A stretch of 64,000 nucleotides of DNA, from assembly GCA_043826565.1 (NCBI GenBank), contig JBDRPX010000028.1:16607-80606 (forward strand), given 5' to 3'. The notes under the pieces are model-generated. The model made no database searches. It was not told the origin of the DNA and worked only from the letters and a program-made list of their open reading frames with translations. Every line of letters begins with the position of its first letter. The first letter of the stretch is position 1. Positions 19,738 through 29,745 of the stretch are shown here, piece by piece. A program made the position numbers and the translations under genes. This DNA is from Candidatus Omnitrophota bacterium (lineage in GTDB: Bacteria; Omnitrophota; Gorgyraeia; B26-G9).

Positions 19738-21293
19738 GCATATTGCCAAAAACCGTTATTGCTATTTGTCTGAGTGTATTCTGCGTTATTGTGATCGCGC
19801 CGTTGCTGCTGTTATTATTTAATGCAATTACTTCTGTGCCTTTATCGAGTTTTCTGCTTGAGGCTAGACAGCTGAACCTGTTAAAAAACAGCCTTGTTAT
19901 CGGGATCGGAACAGCGTTATTCGCGTTAATACTTGGTATTCCGTACGCTTTTTTCCTGACGAGAACAAGTATATTATTTAAACAGGGTTTTCTTTTAGCG
20001 GGTTTAATTCCGCTTTTTTTGCCCGCGCAGATAACTACAATCGGCTGGCTGAAATTAATGGGTACGCAGGGTTTGGATTTAGGATTTAAGTTATACGGTT
20101 TAGGGGGAATAGTCTTTATCCTGGGATTATCCTACTTTCCTTTTGTAGTACTGCTTACGCTTACCGGATTAAATTCCATGGATCCTAAACTGGAGCAGGC
20201 CGGAGAACTGACTTGTTCGCGAGCTAAGGTATTTACCCGGATTACTTTGCCGTTACTTTTACCTTATATATTTTCCGGAGCGATATTTGTGTTTATTTTT
20301 TCTATCGCGAACTACGGAGTGCCGGATCTTTTGAGAGTAAATACCTATCCGGTAGAAATATTTGTGCAGTTCAGTGCTTTCTATAATACGCAAAAAGCTG
20401 TAATTCTGGCTATACCATTAATATTAATTACCCTGGGATTGATATTACTGCAAAGGCATTTAATGGCGGAGAGATCATATGTTACTCTGCGCTGTCAAAA
20501 GGGGATCCCGCATTATATTGATTCCGCGAAAATTAAATGGCTGGGAATTGTATTTTGCAGTTTTGTTTTTATTTTATCTGTAGTTGTGCCCATGCTTATG
20601 CTGATTATCGGTGCCGGGCCAATAGCTACTTATGCAGCAGCTTTTAAAACTGCACAGCAGCAGATTTTTAACAGCTTATTTTTTGCGGTAATTGCCGCGA
20701 CTTTTATTTGTATAATATGTTTTCCGTTAGCCTATGTAATCCAGCGTGCGTCAAAACGATTTTCTTTGTTTGTTGATATTGTTTCTATGCTGCCGTTTGC
20801 GATTCCGTCGGCGATTTTTGGTATTGCTCTAATTAAGTTCTGGAATCATCCACAAACCAATTTTATTTACCAGACATTTTTGATTGTTGTTTTTGGCTAT
20901 ACTGTACGGTTTAGTGCTTTTGCTATTAGAACCATGAGTGCGAGTATAAGCCAGATACATAGAAACCTTGAAGAATCCGCCGGGCTTGTGCCGATATCGT
21001 GGTTTAAAAGATTTTGGAAGATTTTATTTCCTTTATCCGGTACCGGAATATTAGCCAGCTGGGTTTTATGTTTTTCTCTGGCTATGGGAGAGTTAGGTAC
21101 AACGCTTTTGGTTATTCCTGCCGGAGAAGCAACTATGCCCATACGGATATACACATTAATGCATTACGGCGCGCATAAACTGGTTTGCGGATTATGTGTG
21201 CTTTTAGTAATGATTATCTTGTTGCCGGGTATTATTTTGTTTATAATGCATAATTGGCGGCAGAGGAGAAAAAAGGCAAAGGTTCTATGTTAA
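19734..21293 (+). CDS. ABC transporter permease, fused two-domain FbpB-type
   Basis: 519 aa with two sets of about 6 TM helices. GTGA overlap with the upstream stop. Adjacent to the binding protein and ATPase. Confidence 0.8.
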   Translation: MSILPKTVIAICLSVFCVIVIAPLLLLLFNAITSVPLSSFLLEARQLNLLKNSLVIGIGTALFALILGIPYAFFLTRTSILFKQGFLLAGLIPLFLPAQITTIGWLKLMGTQGLDLGFKLYGLGGIVFILGLSYFPFVVLLTLTGLNSMDPKLEQAGELTCSRAKVFTRITLPLLLPYIFSGAIFVFIFSIANYGVPDLLRVNTYPVEIFVQFSAFYNTQKAVILAIPLILITLGLILLQRHLMAERSYVTLRCQKGIPHYIDSAKIKWLGIVFCSFVFILSVVVPMLMLIIGAGPIATYAAAFKTAQQQIFNSLFFAVIAATFICIICFPLAYVIQRASKRFSLFVDIVSMLPFAIPSAIFGIALIKFWNHPQTNFIYQTFLIVVFGYTVRFSAFAIRTMSASISQIHRNLEESAGLVPISWFKRFWKILFPLSGTGILASWVLCFSLAMGELGTTLLVIPAGEATMPIRIYTLMHYGAHKLVCGLCVLLVMIILLPGIILFIMHNWRQRRKKAKVLC

Positions 21294-21976
21294 AACTTGT
21301 AAATGTATCGAAGAATATCAATAAAAAGAAAATTGTGGAGGATGTTTCTTTTTCTGTGAAGCAGGGGGAGACTTGTGTTATTCTCGGGCCCTCCGGCAGC
21401 GGTAAAACCACATTATTGCGAATGATTGCCGGTTTTGACAAACCGGATCGCGGAAATATTATTATCGGAGGAAAAGATGTTAAAAATATACCGCCGCATA
21501 AACGCAATGTGGGAATGGTATTTCAGGATTTAGCTTTATGGCCGCATATGAGTGTGGAAGGAAATGTTTCTTTTTGCGCGGGAAAGGATATTCCCTTTAA
21601 GGAAATCACGCAGATGCTCCAATCCGTAGGATTAGCCGGCCGGGCCAAATGCTATCCGGCGCAGTTATCCGGAGGAGAACAGCAGAAGCTGGCTTTAGCC
21701 CGAAGTTTAATCGCCCAGCCAAAGATATTACTGCTTGATGAGCCGCTTTCGAGTATTGACCCGCTTTTTAAAGAAGATTTAAAAAAACTAATTCTGGAGC
21801 TTCAGCAGAGAATGAATGTTTCGCTTATCTATGTTACCCATGATCAGAATGAAGCATTTAGCTTATCGGATAATCTTATTGTTTTACATCAGGGGAAGAT
21901 TGAGCAGATGGGAAAGAAGGATAAGATATTTAAAAACCCATCATCGGAATTTGTGAAACGTTTTCTTGGTTTGTAA
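21287..21976 (+). CDS. ABC transporter ATP-binding protein
   Basis: Walker A GPSGSGKTT, ABC signature LSGGEQQKLALAR, Walker B LLLDEP, H-loop VTHD. Start chosen at the internal ATG (MLKLVNVSK) abutting the permease stop. Confidence 0.85.
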   Translation: MLKLVNVSKNINKKKIVEDVSFSVKQGETCVILGPSGSGKTTLLRMIAGFDKPDRGNIIIGGKDVKNIPPHKRNVGMVFQDLALWPHMSVEGNVSFCAGKDIPFKEITQMLQSVGLAGRAKCYPAQLSGGEQQKLALARSLIAQPKILLLDEPLSSIDPLFKEDLKKLILELQQRMNVSLIYVTHDQNEAFSLSDNLIVLHQGKIEQMGKKDKIFKNPSSEFVKRFLGL

Positions 21977-22010
21977 GACATCCTATAAGAGAAAAATAAA
22001 AGGATGTCTT
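21975..22010. terminator. Hairpin AAGACATCC-N18-GGATGTCTT directly after the ABC ATPase gene
   Basis: 9-bp perfect arms at 21975-21983 and 22002-22010. The downstream tract is not strongly T-rich, hence low confidence. Confidence 0.35.
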
Positions 22011-22153
22011 GATTATATAGATTAGAAAGAAGATTACAGTGATTTAAAAGCTATTCAGACAGGAGATTAATGGTTTAATCTCCGTAATCTAATATTAATC
22101 GTTTTAATCAGGTATAATTATTAGTGGATTGAAGATTATACCTGGAGTAAACT

Positions 22154-22639
22154 ATGGTTCGATATCTTTTTATTTTTTGTCTTCTGATCTCTGTCTCCTT
22201 TTTTCTGACATCTGAGGGGAGAACTGCTCAGGATGGACATTTTTACTCCACCTGGGATACCTTAGAACTTGATACCTGTGCAAGTGCTTGGCTGATAAAA
22301 AACTTTGTGGATAAAGAAGCGGAATTTAAATTTTATCCTAAAGGTGAAATTATTACCGAAGGCATGCCTTTTGACACTCCGGATGCGGAATTAAGAAGGA
22401 CAGCTAATGCTTCGGCTTATGAAAACGCGCTTATAAAATATAAACTAACCGATCCGGCTTTAATAGAGATCGGGAATATCATCCATGATATCGAAATTAA
22501 TTACTGGGGGCAAAAGCAAAAGGAAGAATCTCAGGTTTTAAAAGATAAAATCCTGCCGATAATAGAAAATTCAAAAACTCCGGAAGAATGTTTTAAGAAA
22601 ACCTTTATTGTTTTAGATGAATTGTATGGACAACTGTAA
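22154..22639 (+). CDS. Secreted protein, possibly ChrB C-terminal (Chrome_Resist)-like
   Basis: Signal peptide. 'DTCASAWLIKNFVDKEAEFKFYPKGE' resembles the conserved core of chromate-resistance exported proteins. The family call is tentative. Confidence 0.4.
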   Translation: MVRYLFIFCLLISVSFFLTSEGRTAQDGHFYSTWDTLELDTCASAWLIKNFVDKEAEFKFYPKGEIITEGMPFDTPDAELRRTANASAYENALIKYKLTDPALIEIGNIIHDIEINYWGQKQKEESQVLKDKILPIIENSKTPEECFKKTFIVLDELYGQL

Positions 22640-22688
22640 GATGGGATTATGGTCGAAGCAGAACAATCAAAAAAGGGAGGGAATGTAT

Positions 22689-23162
22689 ATGTTGGCTAAA
22701 AAAATTATTTTAGGATTTGGGATTGCAATCCTTTTGCCTATGTTGGTTTATTATGGATTAAGTTCTTTTGTGCATCGTCCATTTTGGAAAGATTATCAAA
22801 TTGAGGATTACTCTGAAAGATATGATGATGCCACTCCATTACAGAAGGCGGCGCTTGAAAAAGAAAGAAAAGAACTAAATAACAAATGGAAAGAAGATAA
22901 TGAAGTATTTGAGAGATATTTTTTCTATGCAGCTATTCCGATTGGGATTGTTGTAACTATTGGGGGTATAATTGTAAAAATTCAAGCTGTCGGAGCAGGT
23001 TTGATGGTGGGAGGGATAGTTACTTTGCTTTGGGGGTGTTCTACTCGCTGGGCAGAGTTACCTGCTTGGATCAGATTTGTCTCTCTTCTGGTTGTTTTTT
23101 TATGTCTTGTAGGTTTTGGAATCTCAAAAATTCAAAATGGGAAGGATAAGGATGAAAAGTAA
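22689..23162 (+). CDS. Membrane protein, hypothetical
   Basis: RBS AAGGGAGGG upstream of the internal ATG. About 4 hydrophobic helices. Confidence 0.45.
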   Translation: MLAKKIILGFGIAILLPMLVYYGLSSFVHRPFWKDYQIEDYSERYDDATPLQKAALEKERKELNNKWKEDNEVFERYFFYAAIPIGIVVTIGGIIVKIQAVGAGLMVGGIVTLLWGCSTRWAELPAWIRFVSLLVVFLCLVGFGISKIQNGKDKDEK

Positions 23163-25950
23163 GCGTCTTATCCATATATTTTTTTTATTGATAATTATAA
23201 GCTGGTTTTTTGTGGAAATTTCTTCTGCAAAATCGATTTTTTCCGGTATCCAAGTTCAAGAACTTAGAAAGATAACAGAAAACGATTTGGTTAAGGATTG
23301 GTTTTCAATTCCGGTATATCGAAGTGAAGATATGTTTAATCCTGTATTTTTACCCTTTACATATGTATGTGAAGAAGGAATAGAAGATCCTAATCAATCT
23401 CTAACTTTTCCATGTCTTTTGTCATTTAAATTTGATTTTGTTCCGGATAATTTTTCAGCGCGTCATCCGGGTTTTGTTTTTCGAAGTGATCCGAGTGTGT
23501 TGAAAATTGATCCTAAGGAAGCTGAGGAGATTGCTTATTATATTAAAAATTGGCAAGCTACTCACGTAATAACAGGAACCATAATCCAGAAGGATGATGA
23601 CTATAGGGGTGAATTAGTTGTCTATGATGTGAATGGGGTAGAAATATTACGCCAGGAATATGCAATTTCTAGGCCTTATTTTGAATTGATGGGAGAAATG
23701 GTTGAAAGTTGGATGGATTTTCGTAAGCAGGTTATCTCGGAAAAAATGGCTATGGAATTATTTAGGGATATGACTACTGATATGGAAACTGTGAAGTGGT
23801 ATGGCGAGACTTTTGATGTAGAATGGCGAAGTTTTGATGAATGGGATATTTATGAAAGAATTTTAGAACGGGATCCTGAATTTGCTGAAGTTAGATTTTG
23901 GTATGCCAATCAAAAAGGATGGTCAACAGGTGAGAAAACATCAAATCATTTTGAATATATACGTGCGTCAGAGAGTCATATTGTTATTCCAGCTATTTCA
24001 TATATTAGTTATAAAACTATAAAAGATCAATCTCTTCGCGAGCGATTTAAGGCAAATTTAGAAAAGGCCAGAGAAATATGCGGAGAAAGTCCTGTTATCG
24101 CGGAAACATATTTAGAACTTGGCAGGAATTATTTTTCTACTAAAGAATTAGATGAGTTTTTACCTTTAGCAGAAAAATACCCTAATTATAAATCATTTAT
24201 AGATGAACTTGCGGATAAATATTTTTATGCCGAGAAATACGACAAAGCCGCTCCGCTGTACTTAGCCACATTACATTCATCATATTTGCCAGGAGAAGGG
24301 CTGCAAGGGTTTTCCTGGGCATTCATACAATTAGTTAGAATTTATATGGAGTTAGGATATTTGTCAGAAGCTAAGGAATGTATTGAATTGGCCTTGGTTA
24401 ACTACGACTATAATAATAAGCCATGGCTTGATTACTATAGTGGAGTCATTTATCAGGAGTTATTTGATTTTAAAAAGGCAAAGGGGGTTTTAGATGTAGA
24501 TAAAATTACAGTTGGGGTCGTGAATCATATGTTTTTTCGAGCAGCTATGGGAGCATTTATTCTAGAAGACTTTGATACTATGAAAAAATGGGAAAATACT
24601 CCTAGTATGCAGTCATTGCTTTTTGGGATACGACATTTTTACAAGGCGCGAAAAGCACTTTTAGATAACAACCCTTTTACTGCTTTATTAATAATGGAAG
24701 ATGCTCCTTTTCGCAGTATGGAAAGTGATGAAATATATCGTTTTGAAAAAGAATCTATAAAAGCTGAAGCTTTTTTGGTTTTAAAACAAAAAAAGAAGGC
24801 GGTGAAAAGTGCTTTAAGGGCATGGTATCTATTTCCCCGAAGTAGAAAAGCCGGATATCTTTTAGAGGCTGTTTTAGATGGCAAGGTTCAAACCTGGGGC
24901 CGTTTTTTAGAGGTGGCGTCATTTATTTTTCCATCGCAGCATTACTGGGCGGATAAGTTGTCAGCTTTAAAGGGGCAAGGATATAAGACTGAAACTGATG
25001 ACTGGGTTCTTAATGCATTTTACGACTTGAAAAAGCGATTTGGTGAGATATCTTCAGGAGCTAAAATAGATTTTTTTATTTCCACCCCACCTTTTCTCAT
25101 TGAATATTTATGTATGAGAATTTTACAGACGGAAGATAGTAACCATATAAATGATGCGTTAGATTTTTATGTTAATTTTGCTGCGACAATTAGCGCCTTT
25201 TCTAGATATCAGAAAACTCATACACGAATTTATTTAATGCAAATTTTATCATCAGCATCAAAGGAAGAAAAAAATAAGTGGAGTAAAAAGCTGGAAGATT
25301 TAATTGAAAGAGAATTTGGCAAATATGAACGTCTTGAAGGAGATGGGTGGAGATATGTTGACGAAAACATGGATGATGAAGCCCTGAAAGTATTTGAGGA
25401 AGTTATTAAATTATTTCCTGAGAAAGCAGGAGGCTATCACGGGGTCGGATATGTTTATGAGAAAAAGGGGATGTCTGATGAAGCAATTCAGATGTGCGAA
25501 AAAGCAATAAGTATCAGTCCTGACGATTCACCGCCATATATAGTGATGGGGAATGCTTATATAGATAAAAAGATGGAAGATGAGGCGTCAGAAGCGTTTA
25601 AAAAAGCAACCCAAATAAATCCAGCTCAGTCAAGGAAATGGAAAAAAGGTGGTACTACTTTTAAGGTTTTTGGTAAAAGGGGTAGTGGGTTTCTGCACAG
25701 CGGAGAATTAGATAAGGCAATTGAAGAGTATGAAATTGCCTTGTCAATTAACCCCACATATTCGTGTATTTATCATGATCTTGCTGCGGTTTATTCGTTA
25801 AAAAAAGACAAATACAATGCATTGAGATTTTTGAAAATGGCTTTTTCTTTGGGTGTGTCTGATAAATGTAAAGAATGGGTAAAGACTGGCAAAGAGTTTG
25901 ATTTTGTGCGTAATGACCAAGAGTTTCAGAAAATTATACAGGAAGAGTAA
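23152..25950 (+). CDS. Large secreted TPR-repeat protein
   Basis: Signal peptide after the ATG at 23152 (MKSKRLIHIFFLLIIISWFFVEISSA). Multiple TPR-like motifs in the C-terminal half (AGGYHGVGYVYEKKGMSDEAIQMCEKAISISPDD...). Confidence 0.65.
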   Translation: MKSKRLIHIFFLLIIISWFFVEISSAKSIFSGIQVQELRKITENDLVKDWFSIPVYRSEDMFNPVFLPFTYVCEEGIEDPNQSLTFPCLLSFKFDFVPDNFSARHPGFVFRSDPSVLKIDPKEAEEIAYYIKNWQATHVITGTIIQKDDDYRGELVVYDVNGVEILRQEYAISRPYFELMGEMVESWMDFRKQVISEKMAMELFRDMTTDMETVKWYGETFDVEWRSFDEWDIYERILERDPEFAEVRFWYANQKGWSTGEKTSNHFEYIRASESHIVIPAISYISYKTIKDQSLRERFKANLEKAREICGESPVIAETYLELGRNYFSTKELDEFLPLAEKYPNYKSFIDELADKYFYAEKYDKAAPLYLATLHSSYLPGEGLQGFSWAFIQLVRIYMELGYLSEAKECIELALVNYDYNNKPWLDYYSGVIYQELFDFKKAKGVLDVDKITVGVVNHMFFRAAMGAFILEDFDTMKKWENTPSMQSLLFGIRHFYKARKALLDNNPFTALLIMEDAPFRSMESDEIYRFEKESIKAEAFLVLKQKKKAVKSALRAWYLFPRSRKAGYLLEAVLDGKVQTWGRFLEVASFIFPSQHYWADKLSALKGQGYKTETDDWVLNAFYDLKKRFGEISSGAKIDFFISTPPFLIEYLCMRILQTEDSNHINDALDFYVNFAATISAFSRYQKTHTRIYLMQILSSASKEEKNKWSKKLEDLIEREFGKYERLEGDGWRYVDENMDDEALKVFEEVIKLFPEKAGGYHGVGYVYEKKGMSDEAIQMCEKAISISPDDSPPYIVMGNAYIDKKMEDEASEAFKKATQINPAQSRKWKKGGTTFKVFGKRGSGFLHSGELDKAIEEYEIALSINPTYSCIYHDLAAVYSLKKDKYNALRFLKMAFSLGVSDKCKEWVKTGKEFDFVRNDQEFQKIIQEE

Positions 25951-26050
25951 CCTAATAAAATAGCAGGGAACAGAATAACAGGAATTCCCGTCTGACCCTG
26001 ATACTTTTAGAAAACTTTTACTGTTTTTGATGAATTATATCTACAGGTGA

Positions 26051-26932
26051 ATGATACAAATGAAGAAAATTGAAATTTTGGTTATAATAATTATTTTGAT
26101 TTTTCAAACTTTTTGCTTTGCGGATATCGTCTACCTTAACAGTGGGAAGAAAATTGAAGGAGAAATAATAGAGCAAACACAAGACTATGTTAAAATAAAT
26201 ATGATGGGCATGGGTTTTTATGTAACCTACCAAACGGAAGATATAAAAGAAATCAAAAAGACGGAAAATAAAGCATATATTCCCAATTCTTCTAATAATG
26301 ACTTATCGCAACCAATGCAGAATTTAGTTGAACAAATAGAAGCGCAAACAATTGATCAAGAAAGTTATCTTCTATATATTCCCTCTAATATTCATAAGGA
26401 AAAGAAATACCCGTTGGTTATTGCTCTGCATCCCGGAGGACATGCTCCGGCTATGATTGAAACATGGAAAAATATAGCGGAAGAACATAAATGGATAGTA
26501 TTTGCTTCAAAGACCTTTCGGAATGGAGCTAGTAATTGGAATGAGCCTATTTATGAAGCTTTAGAAGAAGTATTTATGAAATATCCTATAAACAAAAGAA
26601 AAATTATTTCTACGGGAATATCAGGAGGAGGAATGGGAGCACATATGCTTTCATATAGTTCTCTGAATCTAGTTTCGGCGGTAATTGCTAATGTGGGTAG
26701 GATCCATCCTAATTATAAAAAAGCTCCTGCTAAAAATGACTATCCAAGAAAAAAGATAGCGGTATTTTTAGCTAGCCCTACAGATTTTAATTATGAACAT
26801 ATGAAAGACGATAGAAATTTTTTAAGGGACCTTGGATGGGATGTTAAATGGATTGAATTTGAAGGAGGGCATGTAACGGCTCCAGAACATGCGTATCAGG
26901 AAGCCGCAGCATGGCTTGATAGGTATTTGTAA
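26051..26932 (+). CDS. Secreted alpha/beta-hydrolase (esterase/depolymerase-like)
   Basis: Signal peptide. Nucleophile elbow GISGGGMGAH (GxSxG) and HPGG motif. C-terminal 'EGGHV' His. Confidence 0.6.
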   Translation: MIQMKKIEILVIIIILIFQTFCFADIVYLNSGKKIEGEIIEQTQDYVKINMMGMGFYVTYQTEDIKEIKKTENKAYIPNSSNNDLSQPMQNLVEQIEAQTIDQESYLLYIPSNIHKEKKYPLVIALHPGGHAPAMIETWKNIAEEHKWIVFASKTFRNGASNWNEPIYEALEEVFMKYPINKRKIISTGISGGGMGAHMLSYSSLNLVSAVIANVGRIHPNYKKAPAKNDYPRKKIAVFLASPTDFNYEHMKDDRNFLRDLGWDVKWIEFEGGHVTAPEHAYQEAAAWLDRYL

Positions 26933-27074
26933 GGAGGTAAATTACAAAAACGATTTTTGTTTTATTAATTGTTTAGTTTTTCAATTAACGAATATTCAAT
27001 TAACGAATAACTGGAGCTCCCCCGATTTAATAGACACCTAGTTTACTATTCTTATTTTCTTTTCCAGCTGGCTC

Positions 27075-27103
27075 TTGACAATAATTATATTGTGTGGTAT
27101 TAT
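27075..27103 (+). promoter_or_regulatory. Sigma70-like promoter TTGACA-N17-TATTAT upstream of the AbiEi gene
   Basis: -35 TTGACA at 27075-27080, 17-nt spacer, -10 TATTAT at 27098-27103. About 40 nt upstream of the ATG at 27144. Confidence 0.45.
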
Positions 27104-27143
27104 TATTTCTGTAAGTTAACATTAATGTTAATTAAAGGAAATT

Positions 27144-27773
27144 ATGCGTTACGATGAATTTAAAGCAAAAGTACGGGGTTTCCCGGTATTAAGTACGCAA
27201 TTGCTGCAATTATTATCCGGCGAGGATGCGGGGTTTTCGGTGCAATTAGGGCGCTGGGTAAATGCGGGAAAAGTAATTCAGCTGAAGAAGGGGATTTACT
27301 TACTTAATGAACTTGACCGGAAGATTATGCCTTCAAGGCTTTATCTTGCCGGAGAACTATATAAACCTTCTTATATTAGCCTGGAGTATGCTTTGGCATA
27401 TTATGGCTTAATTCCGGAAAAAGTAGCAGATGTTACTTGTGTTTGCGCGAAAAAAACGGCAATGTTTCAAACTCCACTGGGAAGGTTTATTTATCAGCAT
27501 GTTAAAGATGGTTGTTTTAACGGATTTAGGCAAGTAAAAGATGAATCCGGTTTGAATTTTTTTATCGCATCTCCCGAGAAAGCACTAGTGGATTTTTTTT
27601 ATTTGAATTTGGGATTATTTAAAAAAGATTATGTGTTGGTTGGGCGGGAATCACTTCGTTTGCAAAATATGAAAACTCTTGATTGGGAAAAATTATTAAG
27701 TTTAGCCGGGCTATTCAGGGTTAAAAAACTAATGGAGGTTGTCCGTGCTTTTAGGGAGGAAAATAATGATTGA
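27144..27773 (+). CDS. abiEi: Type IV toxin-antitoxin system antitoxin, AbiEi family (wHTH transcriptional regulator)
   Basis: N-terminal 'FPVLSTQLLQLLSG...LGRWVNAGKVIQLKKGIYLL' typical of AbiEi. About 200 aa. Immediately upstream of, and overlapping, the AbiEii gene. Confidence 0.7.
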   Translation: MRYDEFKAKVRGFPVLSTQLLQLLSGEDAGFSVQLGRWVNAGKVIQLKKGIYLLNELDRKIMPSRLYLAGELYKPSYISLEYALAYYGLIPEKVADVTCVCAKKTAMFQTPLGRFIYQHVKDGCFNGFRQVKDESGLNFFIASPEKALVDFFYLNLGLFKKDYVLVGRESLRLQNMKTLDWEKLLSLAGLFRVKKLMEVVRAFREENND

Positions 27774-28566
27774 TGTCTTAAGGCAGAGTTTATCGGAAGC
27801 TGCTACACAGGAAGAAAAAGCGTATAAGGTTCGTGAAATGCTGCAGGTATTGATGCTGAAAATAATGTTTGACCGGGGCGCGTTTAAGCATCTTTGTTTT
27901 GTCGGCGGGACTGCTTTACGGATTCTTTATGGTTTAAGAAGGTACAGCGAAGACCTGGATTTTAGTTTAGTAGGAAAAACTCCGTATTCTTTTTCGGAGA
28001 TGCTGAAAAAATTATTATCTGAGCTTAGGCATTATGGTTTTACGGCGGAAGCGCGGGCTAATCAAAAAGGAGTAGTTCAAAGCGGTATGGTGAAGTTTCC
28101 TGATTTGCTGGAACAACTGGGATTGAGCAGGTTAAAGGAACAAAAGCTTGCTGTAAAGTTAGAAGTTGATACCAATCCTCATCAGGGCGGCAAAACATTG
28201 TTTATGCCGGTAACCAAATCATTTGTTTTTGCTGTGAATACTTTTGATTTGCCTTCGTTATATGCTACCAAGTTACATGCCTGTTTCTACCGGAAATTTA
28301 TTAAGGGAAGGGATTTTTATGACCTGGTTTGGTATCTTGGCAAAAGAATTGAGCCTAATTATTTGCTTCTTAATAATGCTATCCAGCAGACGAAAAAGGG
28401 GTATCGGAAAATCGAAACCAGTAATTTTAAAGAGTTTTTAGCGGAGCATTTGTCCCAGGTTGATTTAAGTGCTGCTAAAAAAGATGTTGAGCGTTTTTTA
28501 GAAGATAAGAAGGAATTAAAGCTTTTAGATAAAAAAATTATTCTGGGTATGGTTGAGGGAAGTTAG
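27766..28566 (+). CDS. abiEii: Nucleotidyltransferase toxin, AbiEii/AbiGii family (DUF1814)
   Basis: 'CFVGGTALRILYGLRRYSEDLDFSL' matches the GGTAL...SEDLDF nucleotidyltransferase motif of AbiEii. RBS AGGGAGGA. ATGATTGA overlap with the antitoxin stop. Confidence 0.85.
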   Translation: MIDVLRQSLSEAATQEEKAYKVREMLQVLMLKIMFDRGAFKHLCFVGGTALRILYGLRRYSEDLDFSLVGKTPYSFSEMLKKLLSELRHYGFTAEARANQKGVVQSGMVKFPDLLEQLGLSRLKEQKLAVKLEVDTNPHQGGKTLFMPVTKSFVFAVNTFDLPSLYATKLHACFYRKFIKGRDFYDLVWYLGKRIEPNYLLLNNAIQQTKKGYRKIETSNFKEFLAEHLSQVDLSAAKKDVERFLEDKKELKLLDKKIILGMVEGS

Positions 28567-28574
28567 AAAACCAA

Positions 28575-28602
28575 AAGAGGGGAAATAATTATCTCCCCTC
28601 TT
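28575..28602. terminator. Bidirectional rho-independent terminator between convergent genes
   Basis: Perfect 9-bp stem AAGAGGGGA / TCCCCTCTT with a 10-nt loop. Reads T-rich (TTTTGGTTTTCT) on the minus strand for the convergent 28623..29558 gene. Confidence 0.55.
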
Positions 28603-28622
28603 TGTGAAGATACTAAGAATTG

Positions 28623-29558
28623 TTATTTTTTCTGAGCCAGGACATTGGCGATGCTGTATTTATAAGCCGCGCCCACAGAGTTGATGACGTCCATTAAAGC
28701 TTTGTCATAAGCAGACATATCAATACTGCCTTTTTCCGGCCCGGCAATATCCGCGATATTCATGATCGGCAGAGGCATTTCCAGAATCGGCAGCCACTGG
28801 GTATAAAGGTCATAACGCATTTTTTTATTACCCTTAAACCCGACTTCCTGCCCGCGGATATCCGCGCTTAAAAGAACATTAAATGACTGCAGTATCGGAG
28901 TGCCGCCGCTGCCTTTATCTACTCTAAAATTAATCTGCAAAAATCCGTCCGCGCCCAGTTCATGAGTTATCTCCGCGACATTCATCGCTACTTTGATCAT
29001 GCCTAAAGGCCCGGGGAAAAGCCCTAATCCGGTGGCGGATACTTTTTGCGTTTTGGTTACAACCGTATCCGACATCATTCCTGATTTTACTCCGCGTCCG
29101 GCTTTTTCTTCAGCCAGGTTGAATGTCTGATATAATTCGTTTTGGCCGACTTCTTCGGTAGAAATTATCTCGATGCCGTTGTCTTTAAAAATTTCCGTAA
29201 CAATGTCATAAACCCGGTTTACAGTATTGGTGTAATAATCTTTGTCTAAATCCAAGGTGCTGGTTTTTGTGGTGGTTGTATAAAATTGCCGGCCCTGATT
29301 AGCCGCGGATCTGGCAGCGGCTCTGCTGGCAAATGCTCCTGCACTTACCTCTTTGGAGGTAACAAACTCTCCGTAACATTCCAGGATTACCAGTTTTTTA
29401 ATATTTTTTGATTTAAGTATTTTTACATTCGCTTTGGCAATTTTTCTGGCGATCTTTTCCGTATCGCTGAATTTTGCTTCGTCATACTTCAGCGGCCCGG
29501 CATATACCGCGGACTGACAGAGTAAAACCATTACTGCTGACCATAACCATTTTTTCAT
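28623..29558 (-). CDS. Secreted hypothetical protein
   Basis: RBS AAGGAGGA then ATG (MKKWLWSAVMVLLCQSAVYA|GP signal peptide). About 311 aa. No recognisable motif. Confidence 0.6.
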   Translation of the reverse strand: MKKWLWSAVMVLLCQSAVYAGPLKYDEAKFSDTEKIARKIAKANVKILKSKNIKKLVILECYGEFVTSKEVSAGAFASRAAARSAANQGRQFYTTTTKTSTLDLDKDYYTNTVNRVYDIVTEIFKDNGIEIISTEEVGQNELYQTFNLAEEKAGRGVKSGMMSDTVVTKTQKVSATGLGLFPGPLGMIKVAMNVAEITHELGADGFLQINFRVDKGSGGTPILQSFNVLLSADIRGQEVGFKGNKKMRYDLYTQWLPILEMPLPIMNIADIAGPEKGSIDMSAYDKALMDVINSVGAAYKYSIANVLAQKK

Positions 29559-29745
29559 AAATCCTCCTTTCAAGTGTTTATAATTTAGGACAATATATTT
29601 AATTTATTATACTAATTTATCATTTCCGGGGCAAGAAATAACTGGAATATAAAAAAAGTATTTATGGTAAAAGGTTTACTTTTGTGTTAGAATTTTTAAT
29701 GGATTTATAAACTTTAAATTTGTGTCGGATACATGGAGGTTTAAG

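Noticed and set aside
26968-27004. Direct repeat 'TTCAATTAACGAATA' x2 upstream of the AbiE promoter considered as an IS or prophage att site
   Set aside because: Only two short copies are present, with no flanking mobile genes. It is more likely a simple duplication or an operator. It is noted here but not claimed.
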